A DNA stretch of 32,000 bases from Ruminococcus albus 7 = DSM 20455 (GTDB taxonomy: Bacteria; Bacillota; Clostridia; Oscillospirales; Ruminococcaceae). The stretch covers positions 3,540,001 through 3,572,000 of the forward strand of contig NC_014833.1 of NCBI RefSeq assembly GCF_000179635.2, read 5' to 3'. The notes below the pieces were generated by a model. It saw only the letters and a list, made by a program, of their open reading frames with translations. It did no database searches and was not told where the DNA came from. Shown one piece after another: positions 23,933 through 32,000 of the stretch; the stretch's first letter is position 1; each line of letters opens with the position of its first letter. Both the position numbers and the translations under genes were made by a program.

Positions 23933-26569
23933 TTAACCCTTGTACTCGGTGCCGTAGTAGCAAGCCTTGTAGATCTCCTTCAGCTCTTCGATGAGAGGAT
24001 ATCTGGGGTTAGCGCCTGTGCACTGATCGTCGAAAGCGTCCTCTGCCATCTTATCGAGAGTAGCAAGGAAGTCTTCCTCGGATATGCCGTACTCGGCTAT
24101 GGTCTTCTTGCAGCCTACGCGCTCTTTCAGTTCTTCTACCTTATCGCAGAGCATCTTGAAGCAAGCCTTGTCGTCCTTGCCGAACAGACCCAGCGAACGT
24201 GCAACATCAGCGTACTTTTCAAGAGTCTTGGGATACTCATACTGAGAGAATGTGCCCATCTTGGTGGGAACAGGGTTAGCATTGAACTTCATGACATTGG
24301 TTATTACCAGTGCGCAGCATATACCGTGAGGCAGGTGGTGGTATGCACCAAGCTTATGCGCGAGGGAGTGACCTATGCCAAGGAATGCGTTCGCAAATGC
24401 CATACCTGCCATGGTAGCAGCGTGTGCCATCTTCTCTCTTGCCTTGTATGCAGTCTGTCCGTTGTCTACGCACTCGGGCAGATTCTCAAATGTTATTTTC
24501 AGTGACTGCAGCGCGATGCCGTCGGTGAAATCGGTAGCCATTACGGATGCCAGAGCTTCAAGGTCATGTACCATGCAGTCCAGACCGGAAGCAGCTGTCA
24601 GACCCTTAGGTGCGCTCATCATCAGGTCGGTATCAACGATAGCCATGTTAGGCAGCAGAGCATAGTCTGCCAGAGGATACTTGTGACCTGTCTTTTCATC
24701 GGTGATAACTGCGAAAGGTGTGACCTCGGAACCTGTACCGGAAGAAGTAGGTATGCAAATGAAGTAAGCCTTTTCGCCCATCTTCGGGAAGGTGTATACT
24801 CTCTTGCGGATATCTATGAAACGCATAGCCATATCCATGAAGTCAGCCTCGGGGTGCTCATACATTACCCACATGATCTTTGCAGCGTCCATAGCGGAAC
24901 CGCCGCCGATAGCGATAATGGTGTCAGGCTCGAATGCACGTATAGCCTTTACGCCTTCAAGTGCGCAGCCCAGAGAAGGATCGGGAGCAACATCGAAGAA
25001 TACATTGTGAGCGATACCCATCTGATCCAGCTTGTCGGTTATAGGCTTGGTATAGCCGTTCTTGTACAGGAACTGGTCTGTTACGATGAATGCCTTCTTC
25101 TTGCCCATTACGTTTTTCAGCTCATCAAGGGCAACAGGCAGACAGCCTTTCTTGAAGTATACCTTTTCGGGTGCTCTGAACCACAGCATATTCTCTCTCC
25201 TCTCAACAACTGTCTTTACATTCAGCAGGTGCTTAACACCAACGTTCTCACTGACGGAGTTTCCGCCCCATGAGCCGCAGCCCAGTGTCAGGGAAGGTGC
25301 AAAATTGAAGTTGTAGAGGTCACCTATACCGCCCAGTGAAGACGGTGTATTCACGATAAGACGGCTGGTCTTGAGTCTTTCTGCAAATTTCAGAAGCTTC
25401 TCGCGCTCGTTGACATTATCTATCCACAGTACCGAGGTATGGCCGAGTCCGCCGTTATTCTCCAGCAGAGTTTCTGCCTTATCCAGTGCATCATCGAAAT
25501 TATCAGCCTTGTACATACCGAGAACGGTAGTCAGCTTTTCATGGCCGAAAGCCTCTTCACGATCGGTGCTTGTAGCCTCGCCTATCAGCACCTTAACATC
25601 CTCGGGAACTTCAAAACCGCAGAGCTTAGCGATAGTAACAGGTCTCTGACCAACGATCTTGGCATTAAGGCTGCCGTTGATTATCATGGTGTGTCTGACC
25701 TTGTCAGCCTCTTCATCGTTAAGGAAATAACAGCCGCGAGCTTTCAGCTCAGCCTTGACTTCCTTGTATATCTTCTTGTCAACGATAAGTGTCTGCTCGG
25801 TAGCGCATATCATACCGTTATCGAAGGTCTTGGAATGTATAATGGAGCTTACTGCTACCTTGATATCAGCAGAAGCATCTATTATAGCAGATGCGTTGCC
25901 CGCGCCGACACCCAGTGCAGGTGTGCCTGAAGAATAAGCACTCTTTACCATTCCGGGGCCGCCTGTTGCAAGTATCAGGTCGGAATCTCTCATTATCTGG
26001 TTGGTCATATCCAGTGAGGGAACATCTATCCAACCGATGATATTTTCAGGTGCGCCTGCAGCAACAGCAGCATCAAGCACTATCTTTGCAGCCGCGATGG
26101 TGCAGTTCTTTGCACGGGGGTGAGGGCTGATGATTATACCGTTCCTGGTCTTCAGCGAGATAAGTGTCTTGAATATAGCTGTAGAAGTAGGGTTTGTAGT
26201 AGGGATTACAGCCGCTATCAGACCGATAGGCTCATAGATCTTTGTTGTGCCGTAAGCCTCGTTAGTTTCAAATACACCACAGGTCTGAACATTCTTGTAA
26301 GCATTATAGATATGCTCTGCAGCATAGTTGTTCTTGATGACTTTGTCCTCAACAATACCCATGCCTGTTTCCTCAACAGCCATTTTTGCAAGGGGCAGAC
26401 GTGCCTTATTGGCAGCAAGTGCAGCAGCCTTGAATATCTTATCGACCTGTTCCTGAGTATAGGTCGCAAACTCAGCCTGCGCAGCTCTTACCTCCTTTAT
26501 CTTGGCAGAAAGTGCTTCTACGCTGTCCACGAAGATCGGTTCGTTCTTTTTAGCAGTAGTTTTAGCCAT
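23933..26569 (-). CDS. adhE: Bifunctional acetaldehyde-CoA / alcohol dehydrogenase
   Basis: 878 aa. N-terminal aldehyde dehydrogenase half and C-terminal iron-type ADH half (GGGSAMDAAK, and the His-rich GIGHSLAHKLGAYHHLPHG). ATG at 26569 lies 7 nt after GGAGGA. Confidence 0.95.
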   Translation of the reverse strand: MAKTTAKKNEPIFVDSVEALSAKIKEVRAAQAEFATYTQEQVDKIFKAAALAANKARLPLAKMAVEETGMGIVEDKVIKNNYAAEHIYNAYKNVQTCGVFETNEAYGTTKIYEPIGLIAAVIPTTNPTSTAIFKTLISLKTRNGIIISPHPRAKNCTIAAAKIVLDAAVAAGAPENIIGWIDVPSLDMTNQIMRDSDLILATGGPGMVKSAYSSGTPALGVGAGNASAIIDASADIKVAVSSIIHSKTFDNGMICATEQTLIVDKKIYKEVKAELKARGCYFLNDEEADKVRHTMIINGSLNAKIVGQRPVTIAKLCGFEVPEDVKVLIGEATSTDREEAFGHEKLTTVLGMYKADNFDDALDKAETLLENNGGLGHTSVLWIDNVNEREKLLKFAERLKTSRLIVNTPSSLGGIGDLYNFNFAPSLTLGCGSWGGNSVSENVGVKHLLNVKTVVERRENMLWFRAPEKVYFKKGCLPVALDELKNVMGKKKAFIVTDQFLYKNGYTKPITDKLDQMGIAHNVFFDVAPDPSLGCALEGVKAIRAFEPDTIIAIGGGSAMDAAKIMWVMYEHPEADFMDMAMRFIDIRKRVYTFPKMGEKAYFICIPTSSGTGSEVTPFAVITDEKTGHKYPLADYALLPNMAIVDTDLMMSAPKGLTAASGLDCMVHDLEALASVMATDFTDGIALQSLKITFENLPECVDNGQTAYKAREKMAHAATMAGMAFANAFLGIGHSLAHKLGAYHHLPHGICCALVITNVMKFNANPVPTKMGTFSQYEYPKTLEKYADVARSLGLFGKDDKACFKMLCDKVEELKERVGCKKTIAEYGISEEDFLATLDKMAEDAFDDQCTGANPRYPLIEELKEIYKACYYGTEYKG

Positions 26570-26666
26570 GATATTATCCTCCAAACTATTTTATATAGGT
26601 TGATCTCTTACACAAAAACAGATTTTTACGGGCGGTCACAACCCTTATCCACCTTTTGATATATTT

Positions 26667-26695
26667 ATTATATCAGTTTGTTATTTTTTTGTCAA
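26667..26695 (-). promoter_or_regulatory. Consensus sigma-A promoter of adhE (predicted ~90-nt leader)
   Basis: Minus strand: TTGACA (26695-26690), 17-nt spacer, TATAAT (26672-26667) with TGa upstream. Confidence 0.55.
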
Positions 26696-26928
26696 TCACA
26701 TTTTATCTTATATTTATGAACTTTTTCTGAATGTTCTGCAAGTCATGTGACCGCTGTTTTGCAGCTCGGAATAATACCACACTATTCCGACTTTGTCCTT
26801 CTTTTAACGACTTTTTGTTTTCTCGGCATACTTATTATTTCCCATCTGCACCACATTATCACTGTACAAAAACATTATGAAACCGCTCGTCAGTACTTGT
26901 GCTGTTTTGACAAATATCTGAATAACAG

Positions 26929-26957
26929 ATGACAAACCGTTTTTTTAATGATATAAT
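26929..26957 (+). promoter_or_regulatory. Candidate promoter of the CapA-family gene
   Basis: ATGACA (26929-26934), 17-nt spacer, TATAAT (26952-26957) with TGa upstream. Confidence 0.45.
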
Positions 26958-26997
26958 ATTTCCGATATTAAAATAATATATAAAGGAGCATCAGAAA

Positions 26998-28275
26998 ATG
27001 AAAATCAGAGCGGTCCCCATAATTCTTGCCGTCACTTTGCTGACAGCTTCCTGTGGAAAGTCTGCAGTTACGGACAATAAGCCCACAGATGAAAACAGCA
27101 GTACCTCTTCTCCTAAGATCGTAGTGGAGGATGTGCCTTCCTCAGAAGATGTATCCTCAGCAGATACGACCTATGCTGGCAAAAAGAAGAACGATGAAAA
27201 CAAGTCCGGCAAAGCAGTTGTACATCTCGCCTGTGCAGGCGACAACCTTATCCATGACAACATCTACGCCGAAGCCCTGCAGGATGACGGAAGCTACGAT
27301 TTTTCAAAGTGCTACGCACCCTGCAAAAAGCTTATAGAGGGTACGGATATATCCATACTCAACCAGGAGACCCTGGTAAACGATGCTTTTGAGCCATCCA
27401 CATTCCCCATGTTCTCCAGCCCTACCGAGGTAGGTGATGCTGTGGTGGATCTTGGGTTCAATGTGATCTCCATGTCCAACAACCATGTGCTTGATAAGTT
27501 CTCAGACGGGCTTATCTCCTCTCTGGACTACTGGGACAAAAAGGGAGTCGTGCATTACGGTGCTTACCGTGATGAAGCAGATTCCGAGAACATAAGGACT
27601 ATGGAAGTAAACGGTGTTACGTTCGCATTCCTTGGGTACATGGAACACACCAACGGCATATTTCTCGGTGACGGCGATGCAGGAAAGGTAGTATACCTGA
27701 CCGATGAGGAAACTGTCAGACGCCAGATAGAGGAAGCCGACAAAATGGCTGATGTTGTGGTGGTATCCTGTCACTACGGTACAGAGGTGCTTAATGACCT
27801 GAACGATATGCAGCTGGAACTTACTCCAAAGCTTGTTGAATGGGGTGCTGACCTGATAATAGGTACTCAGGCACACGCCCTTTCCACCTGCGGATATCTC
27901 GACAAGCCGGACGGCGGTCAGGCTTTCTGCTACTACGGTCTGGGAAATTTCTTCTCCACCATGTTCGACGGCAATAACCCCGACGGTCAGTACGGAAGGT
28001 CGATAATCGGCATATTCGGGAAACTTGACGTTGTAAAGGACTACGACAACGGCGGAAAGATAACCTTTGAGAATGTAAAGGCTATCCCCGTGATATCCCG
28101 CTACGAAGGCACAAGCTGGGATTCCATGTGGTACAACTGTGCGGTATACCCCTATGGCGATTACACCGATGATATGCTTTCACGCCACATGATGTATCAG
28201 CAGGCAGGTGTAAACAGGGATGTTCTTCAGAACTATATAAACTACATTCCCGAGGAATTTCTAGCATACGAATGA
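26998..28275 (+). CDS. CapA-family (PGA_cap metallophosphatase-like) lipoprotein
   Basis: Lipobox LLTASCGK, then a Ser/Asp-rich linker. CapA-type motifs: LACAGDNLIHD, SMSNNHVLD, VSCHYGTE, IIGTQAHAL. Confidence 0.75.
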   Translation: MKIRAVPIILAVTLLTASCGKSAVTDNKPTDENSSTSSPKIVVEDVPSSEDVSSADTTYAGKKKNDENKSGKAVVHLACAGDNLIHDNIYAEALQDDGSYDFSKCYAPCKKLIEGTDISILNQETLVNDAFEPSTFPMFSSPTEVGDAVVDLGFNVISMSNNHVLDKFSDGLISSLDYWDKKGVVHYGAYRDEADSENIRTMEVNGVTFAFLGYMEHTNGIFLGDGDAGKVVYLTDEETVRRQIEEADKMADVVVVSCHYGTEVLNDLNDMQLELTPKLVEWGADLIIGTQAHALSTCGYLDKPDGGQAFCYYGLGNFFSTMFDGNNPDGQYGRSIIGIFGKLDVVKDYDNGGKITFENVKAIPVISRYEGTSWDSMWYNCAVYPYGDYTDDMLSRHMMYQQAGVNRDVLQNYINYIPEEFLAYE

Positions 28276-28330
28276 TATGAATTGCAAAATCTGACTATCA
28301 CTTTAGTACACCAGCTGAAATGTGGTAAAC

Positions 28331-28437
28331 TTGAGCGTTGTATATCTTTCCTCCGCCTGCGGTGGGGAAAGATATACGCCAAGCACCTAAATTCTGTAAA
28401 ACCGCTTTTTTGTGATGTGTCAGCGGAATAACCATGT
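28331..28437 (+). repeat. Intergenic repeat element, copy B (hairpin 28341-28376 plus a conserved 3' block 28412-28435)
   Basis: See copy A. The outer stem differs from copy A but pairing is kept (TATATCTTT/AAAGATATA here, TATCCT/AGGATA in A). Confidence 0.7.
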
Positions 28438-28440
28438 TGC

Positions 28441-28478
28441 AAAATATCCCCCGAAGCACGTACTTCGAGGGATATTTT
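28441..28478. terminator. Convergent (bidirectional) terminator between the CapA-family gene and the sugar ABC operon
   Basis: 16-bp stem AAAATATCCCCCGAAG / CTTCGAGGGATATTTT, with T runs on both strands. Confidence 0.7.
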
Positions 28479-28498
28479 CATATCCATATAAACAGGTA

Positions 28499-29545
28499 TC
28501 AGTTTGCAAGACCCGATTTCTCGATACCTTCTACGAAGTACCTCTGCAGGAATACATACATTACCAGTATAGGAGTTATGGACAGCAGACAGCCTGCTTC
28601 CAGCCATACGATTATCTGACGTACAGATACCGATTGATTGTTGAACAGTTCCTTTATAAGGGTATTATTCAGGTTCTTCAGCATCAGTGCAACAGTATCG
28701 TTGTTGGTGAAGAATGAACTTGATACATAGTAGTCGTTCCAGTACCACACGATGGAGAACAGGAAAACTGTCAGGAAGGACTGTTTTGCATTTGGTATCA
28801 TGATCTTTACATAAGTGTAAAGGGGTGAACAGCCGTCCAGATATGCCGCATCTTCAAGTTCCTTGGGAAGTCCTCTGAAGAACTGACGGAATATGAAGAT
28901 GAACAGACCGGCTCTTATGCCGTTTGCAAAAAGTGCAGGCAGATACATTGTCCAGGGGCTGTCTATAAGTTTGGTCGCTTTGCCGAGAGTAAGTATCCGG
29001 GCAATTATCTTCGGGGGATATGCATACTGCATATACAGCGGTATCGTAGTAATCTGAGGAGGTACGATTATCATCATTACCACCAGACCGAACAGTATCT
29101 TCTTGCCCTTGAACTTGAATCTTGCGAAACCGTAGCCTGTCAGCGAGCAGGTGATCACCTGCAGTACGGATGCCACCAGATTAAGGATGATAGTATTGAC
29201 AAGTGTCTTTTCAAACTTCATTACCTTCCATGATTCCTTTATGTTCTGCATGGTGAAGTTCTTGGGGATCCATATAATAGAGGGATCGTTCATCTGCTCG
29301 TTAGGTCTGAACGCTGTTGAAAGCATGAATATCAGCGGATAGAGTATGACAAAACACAGACCGAACAGTATCAGGAATCTGAATACAGGCCATACGGAAT
29401 TGATAGCCTTCTGTCTTCTGTTGTACTTTATCTGGTCGGGAGTAAGGTATTTTTCAAGACCATCCGCCTTCATTCTTCTCTCACGAGCCTTTTTTGCAGC
29501 TCTACGTTCTTTTTCAAACTGCTTTTCTTCTTTTATAGTTGCCAC
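28499..29545 (-). CDS. Carbohydrate ABC transporter permease (MalG/LplC-like) with a ~50-aa charged N-terminal extension
   Basis: Six TM helices and an EAA-like loop (LPKELEDAAYLDGCSP). GTG start 6 nt after AAAGGGGGG. Confidence 0.85.
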   Translation of the reverse strand: MATIKEEKQFEKERRAAKKARERRMKADGLEKYLTPDQIKYNRRQKAINSVWPVFRFLILFGLCFVILYPLIFMLSTAFRPNEQMNDPSIIWIPKNFTMQNIKESWKVMKFEKTLVNTIILNLVASVLQVITCSLTGYGFARFKFKGKKILFGLVVMMIIVPPQITTIPLYMQYAYPPKIIARILTLGKATKLIDSPWTMYLPALFANGIRAGLFIFIFRQFFRGLPKELEDAAYLDGCSPLYTYVKIMIPNAKQSFLTVFLFSIVWYWNDYYVSSSFFTNNDTVALMLKNLNNTLIKELFNNQSVSVRQIIVWLEAGCLLSITPILVMYVFLQRYFVEGIEKSGLAN

Positions 29546-29558
29546 TTCTATCCCCCCT

Positions 29559-30521
29559 TTATTCTACTTCATAGTAGATGACCTTGTTCAGTATCGCAAC
29601 TATTATAGCAAGACAGCCTCCTACTATAGCAAAGTATGCCCATGCCATAGCAGCGGAATAGCCGTGCTGCCAGTTGGTAGACTTGTTGAGAACTATGGTC
29701 ATTACCTTGTTGCCGGGGTCAACGAACGAGTCAACTACTGTATAAACGACGCTTGCGAGTATCATGGGGCTTATGGTAGGCAGTGTTATCTTCCAGAAGA
29801 ATTCCCATGAAGTAGCACCCTCCATCTGTGCTGCTTCCTTGGAAGCAGGTGAGATGCCCTGGAGTGCAGCCAGTATCAGCAGTATCTGTATACCCGAGTT
29901 CCATACCAGATTGAAGATATCTGTTGTCAGCGAATTGATTATATTTGACAGCTTATCGCTGATATTATAGATACCCAGGAAGTTCAGGAGCTGATCAACA
30001 AGATTAGCCTCGAACATTGTGCTGAACTGCTCGGAACCACCGGAATAGCCGCCTGTGTTCATGTTACCGTTGATGATATCCATAACAGGACCCGTAGCGA
30101 TTATAACAGGCAGGAAGAATACTGCTCTTGCAAATGTCCTTCCCCTGAACTTCTGGTTGAGTACCAGTGCTATGAATATCGAGAAAATGATTATCAGAGG
30201 AGTTCTCAGCGCGGTGTTTTTAAGCATATCTACCAGCGCCAGAGTATACTCCTGATCCTTACGGAAAGCGTTGACGTAGTTTTTCCAGCCGATATACTTC
30301 ATATCCATACCGCCGGTAACCGGCTGGGTATCATTGAATGAATAAACCAGCGACATTATCAGGGGTGCTATGAAGAAGTATATCGTACCCAGCGCCCAGA
30401 GTCCTATAAAGCCGTAGCCGTAAAGACCCTTCCTCTTTTCATACGAAAGTACGTGTTTTTTCTGATTTGCGGAATTACCGCTCTCGGAAGTCTGAACTGC
30501 TTTATTATTCTTTTTGCTCAT
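29559..30521 (-). CDS. Carbohydrate ABC transporter permease (MalF/LplB-like)
   Basis: Polytopic, with an EAA-like loop (ISPASKEAAQMEGATSWEFFWKITLP). ATG at 30521 follows AAGGAGG and overlaps the upstream TAA (TAATG). Confidence 0.85.
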   Translation of the reverse strand: MSKKNNKAVQTSESGNSANQKKHVLSYEKRKGLYGYGFIGLWALGTIYFFIAPLIMSLVYSFNDTQPVTGGMDMKYIGWKNYVNAFRKDQEYTLALVDMLKNTALRTPLIIIFSIFIALVLNQKFRGRTFARAVFFLPVIIATGPVMDIINGNMNTGGYSGGSEQFSTMFEANLVDQLLNFLGIYNISDKLSNIINSLTTDIFNLVWNSGIQILLILAALQGISPASKEAAQMEGATSWEFFWKITLPTISPMILASVVYTVVDSFVDPGNKVMTIVLNKSTNWQHGYSAAMAWAYFAIVGGCLAIIVAILNKVIYYEVE

Positions 30522-32000
30522 TATTTCAAACCTCCTTCGATACATTTTTCAATGCTGACGTTGTTTCCGTCAACAGATGCGGTAGCGTTCTTCTTGTCGA
30601 TCTTTACCACAACATCGTTCTGACCATCCTTGGAGTATGTCGTTGTGAGAACATTTCCGTCCTCGCTGATCTCATACTTGCTTATGGTATAATCCTCAAC
30701 ACCGCTGATCAGATTCTTTGCTGCCTTGTACTGATTTGCCGCAACATCTGTCCAGCCCCTGTAGTTGGTATAGTACAGGTCATTGTACTCGGTATCCTGA
30801 AGCACGTCGCTGTCAGCATAGGTGAAGTCGTAATGGATCTGAGAACCGGAAGCCAGTGCCAGCAGGAATGTTTCATCTGTGTTGGAACTCTTGTTTATAG
30901 GACTTGAAGCGTAAGGCACATAGCCGTGGATGACCATCTGATAGAATGGTATATCGTAGTCTGTGATAACGTATCCGCTGGATGATACAGGTATGTTGGA
31001 TACAGTATTCACATACGGCAGTACATAAGCATTAGCCTCATCCGCCATTAGCGAGCCTATCTTACTGCTTGCGTTCTTGTATTCATCTACCAGCAGGTTC
31101 ATAGTCCTGTTTCTGGAATAGGGATCTTTTCTGGGATAATCGCCTACCAGTCTGGAGGACATATAACCAAATCCGGCTTTATCTATACCCTTCTTCTGAT
31201 AGCTCTTTACCATTTCCTCAAAGGTCTTTGAATACTTGCTGGGTGAAAGCAGTGCAGGTGCTACGCCCTTCTTTGCTACACCGAACGACAGGCTGTAGGA
31301 TGACTGTCTTGAATAAGCGTTGGATATTCTTATTGCTGTGCTGGTCAGTGTCCAGTAACCTGCAGATGAACTGTCCATTGTGAAGTTGTTCATCGAAGGA
31401 TATACCTGAACGCCATCGGTGTTGAGGAACTCGGTGAACTTTTTGTTTCCGCCAAGTGTGCCCGAAGGATTTGCCTTAGTGGATATCTTATCCTTTATAG
31501 CTGCATTTGTCCAGTCATTGTAGTTTACCGCGAAGTTGTTTACGCCTTTGCCCTTGAGATCGTCAACTATCTCGCCTGCCTGCTCAAAGCCTGTTATCTC
31601 GGTTTTGAGATTGAAGGGCAGACCCAGTATTGAAGTCCTCTTCAGCACGCCGCCGTAAAGATCCATATACAGCTTATTGGTCATACCCTGCTGCTGCTTC
31701 AGACCCTTCTCGTTGATAAGGTAGTTTCTGTAAACCTCAGCGCAGTCAGCATAGTTTACTTCACCGCCGTCCTTACCTGTTACGGGATAATAGTGTATAC
31801 CGAAGCGCTCGGTCTTGATATCGCCCTTCTCAAATACATTCAGCTTGTTGGCAACGCCGCTCATGAAGAATGCATCGGAGGAACGTGTTTCAAACTCGAA
31901 ATAGCAGCTGTTGTATACCTGCTTGTTCTGACCGCTGACCTGAGCCCTTGCATATACATTGGAATCACCGTCAGTAGCCACTGCAACTATGCCGTTGCTG
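30521..32000 (-). CDS. Large secreted or glycan-associated protein of unknown function (possibly DUF5696-like). C-terminal ~490 aa only; the N-terminus runs off the right edge.
   Basis: The frame stays open upstream of the track start (codons ...SNGIVAV precede it). It is first in an operon with the two sugar permeases. The family assignment is from memory only. Confidence 0.4.
   Translation of the reverse strand, partial: SNGIVAVATDGDSNVYARAQVSGQNKQVYNSCYFEFETRSSDAFFMSGVANKLNVFEKGDIKTERFGIHYYPVTGKDGGEVNYADCAEVYRNYLINEKGLKQQQGMTNKLYMDLYGGVLKRTSILGLPFNLKTEITGFEQAGEIVDDLKGKGVNNFAVNYNDWTNAAIKDKISTKANPSGTLGGNKKFTEFLNTDGVQVYPSMNNFTMDSSSAGYWTLTSTAIRISNAYSRQSSYSLSFGVAKKGVAPALLSPSKYSKTFEEMVKSYQKKGIDKAGFGYMSSRLVGDYPRKDPYSRNRTMNLLVDEYKNASSKIGSLMADEANAYVLPYVNTVSNIPVSSSGYVITDYDIPFYQMVIHGYVPYASSPINKSSNTDETFLLALASGSQIHYDFTYADSDVLQDTEYNDLYYTNYRGWTDVAANQYKAAKNLISGVEDYTISKYEISEDGNVLTTTYSKDGQNDVVVKIDKKNATASVDGNNVSIEKCIEGGLK

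Noticed and set aside
24566-25273. 235-aa plus-strand ORF, and other plus-strand ORFs inside 23933-26584
   Set aside because: They are antisense to adhE, which is full length and highly conserved. These are typical shadow ORFs.
26633-26753. 9-bp inverted repeat GCGGTCACA (26633-26641) / TGTGACCGC (26745-26753), considered as a long-range stem in the adhE leader
   Set aside because: The distal arm lies upstream of the predicted adhE promoter (26667-26695). The two arms would therefore not be on the same transcript. A 9-bp match at ~100-nt distance is also weak on its own.
26878-26892. cre-like (CcpA) sequence TGAAACCGCTCGTCA between adhE and the CapA-family gene
   Set aside because: It fits only the left half of the TGWAANCGNTNWCA consensus. 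The right half needs an indel. It is also poorly placed relative to either promoter.
28242-28717. ORFs 28242-28607 (-) and 28412-28717 (+) in the CapA / ABC-permease intergenic region
   Set aside because: They overlap repeat copy B, the convergent terminator and the 3' end of the permease gene. They have no RBS and odd composition.
1-32000. Looked for tRNA, rRNA, CRISPR arrays, IS elements, transposases, integrases, toxin-antitoxin pairs and defence-system genes
   Set aside because: I saw no cloverleaf-like or rRNA-like sequence in the intergenic regions. There are no short regularly spaced repeats other than the 93-bp tandem array, which has no spacers. There are no recombinase-like ORFs. 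The window looks like core chromosome rather than an accessory island.

Overview
This is a chromosomal window that looks like an anaerobic Firmicutes/Clostridia genome (Ruminococcus-like by gene content; this is inference). It is mostly housekeeping and metabolic genes. I found no rRNA, tRNA, CRISPR array or mobile element. Gene content from left to right:

- a partial GH95 fucosidase (-)
- an HlyD-adaptor plus giant FtsX-permease efflux pair with no ATPase gene (-)
- a PheB-like ACT protein and homoserine dehydrogenase (-)
- an 11-gene V-type ATPase operon (+; order G/H-like, C, I, K, F, E, A, B, small membrane ORF, D, HdeD-like)
- a monocistronic 90-aa gene encoding only the C-terminal glycyl-radical segment of anaerobic ribonucleotide reductase NrdD
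- a peroxide-stress operon gpx-ohrR-trxA-trxB (+)
- a DAG-kinase-family lipid kinase, then a small lipoprotein (+)
- a tRNA m6A methyltransferase and adhE (-)
- a CapA-family lipoprotein (+)
- two sugar ABC permeases and a partial large secreted protein (-)

The observations most worth a second look:

1. The stand-alone NrdD-like glycyl-radical mini-protein has NrdR-box-like sites in its promoter. A perfect NrdR-box consensus also sits inside a 36-bp perfect palindrome about 200 bp upstream.
2. An in-frame TAG splits the otherwise fully conserved V-ATPase B subunit. No restart codon is available for the 78-aa conserved tail.
3. Two extra membrane-protein genes are embedded in, or translationally coupled to, the V-ATPase operon.
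4. A 93-bp tandem repeat lies upstream of the GH95 gene.
5. A roughly 105-bp intergenic element occurs twice, with a hairpin that covaries between the copies.

All homology calls come from my own recognition of motifs. No database search was run.
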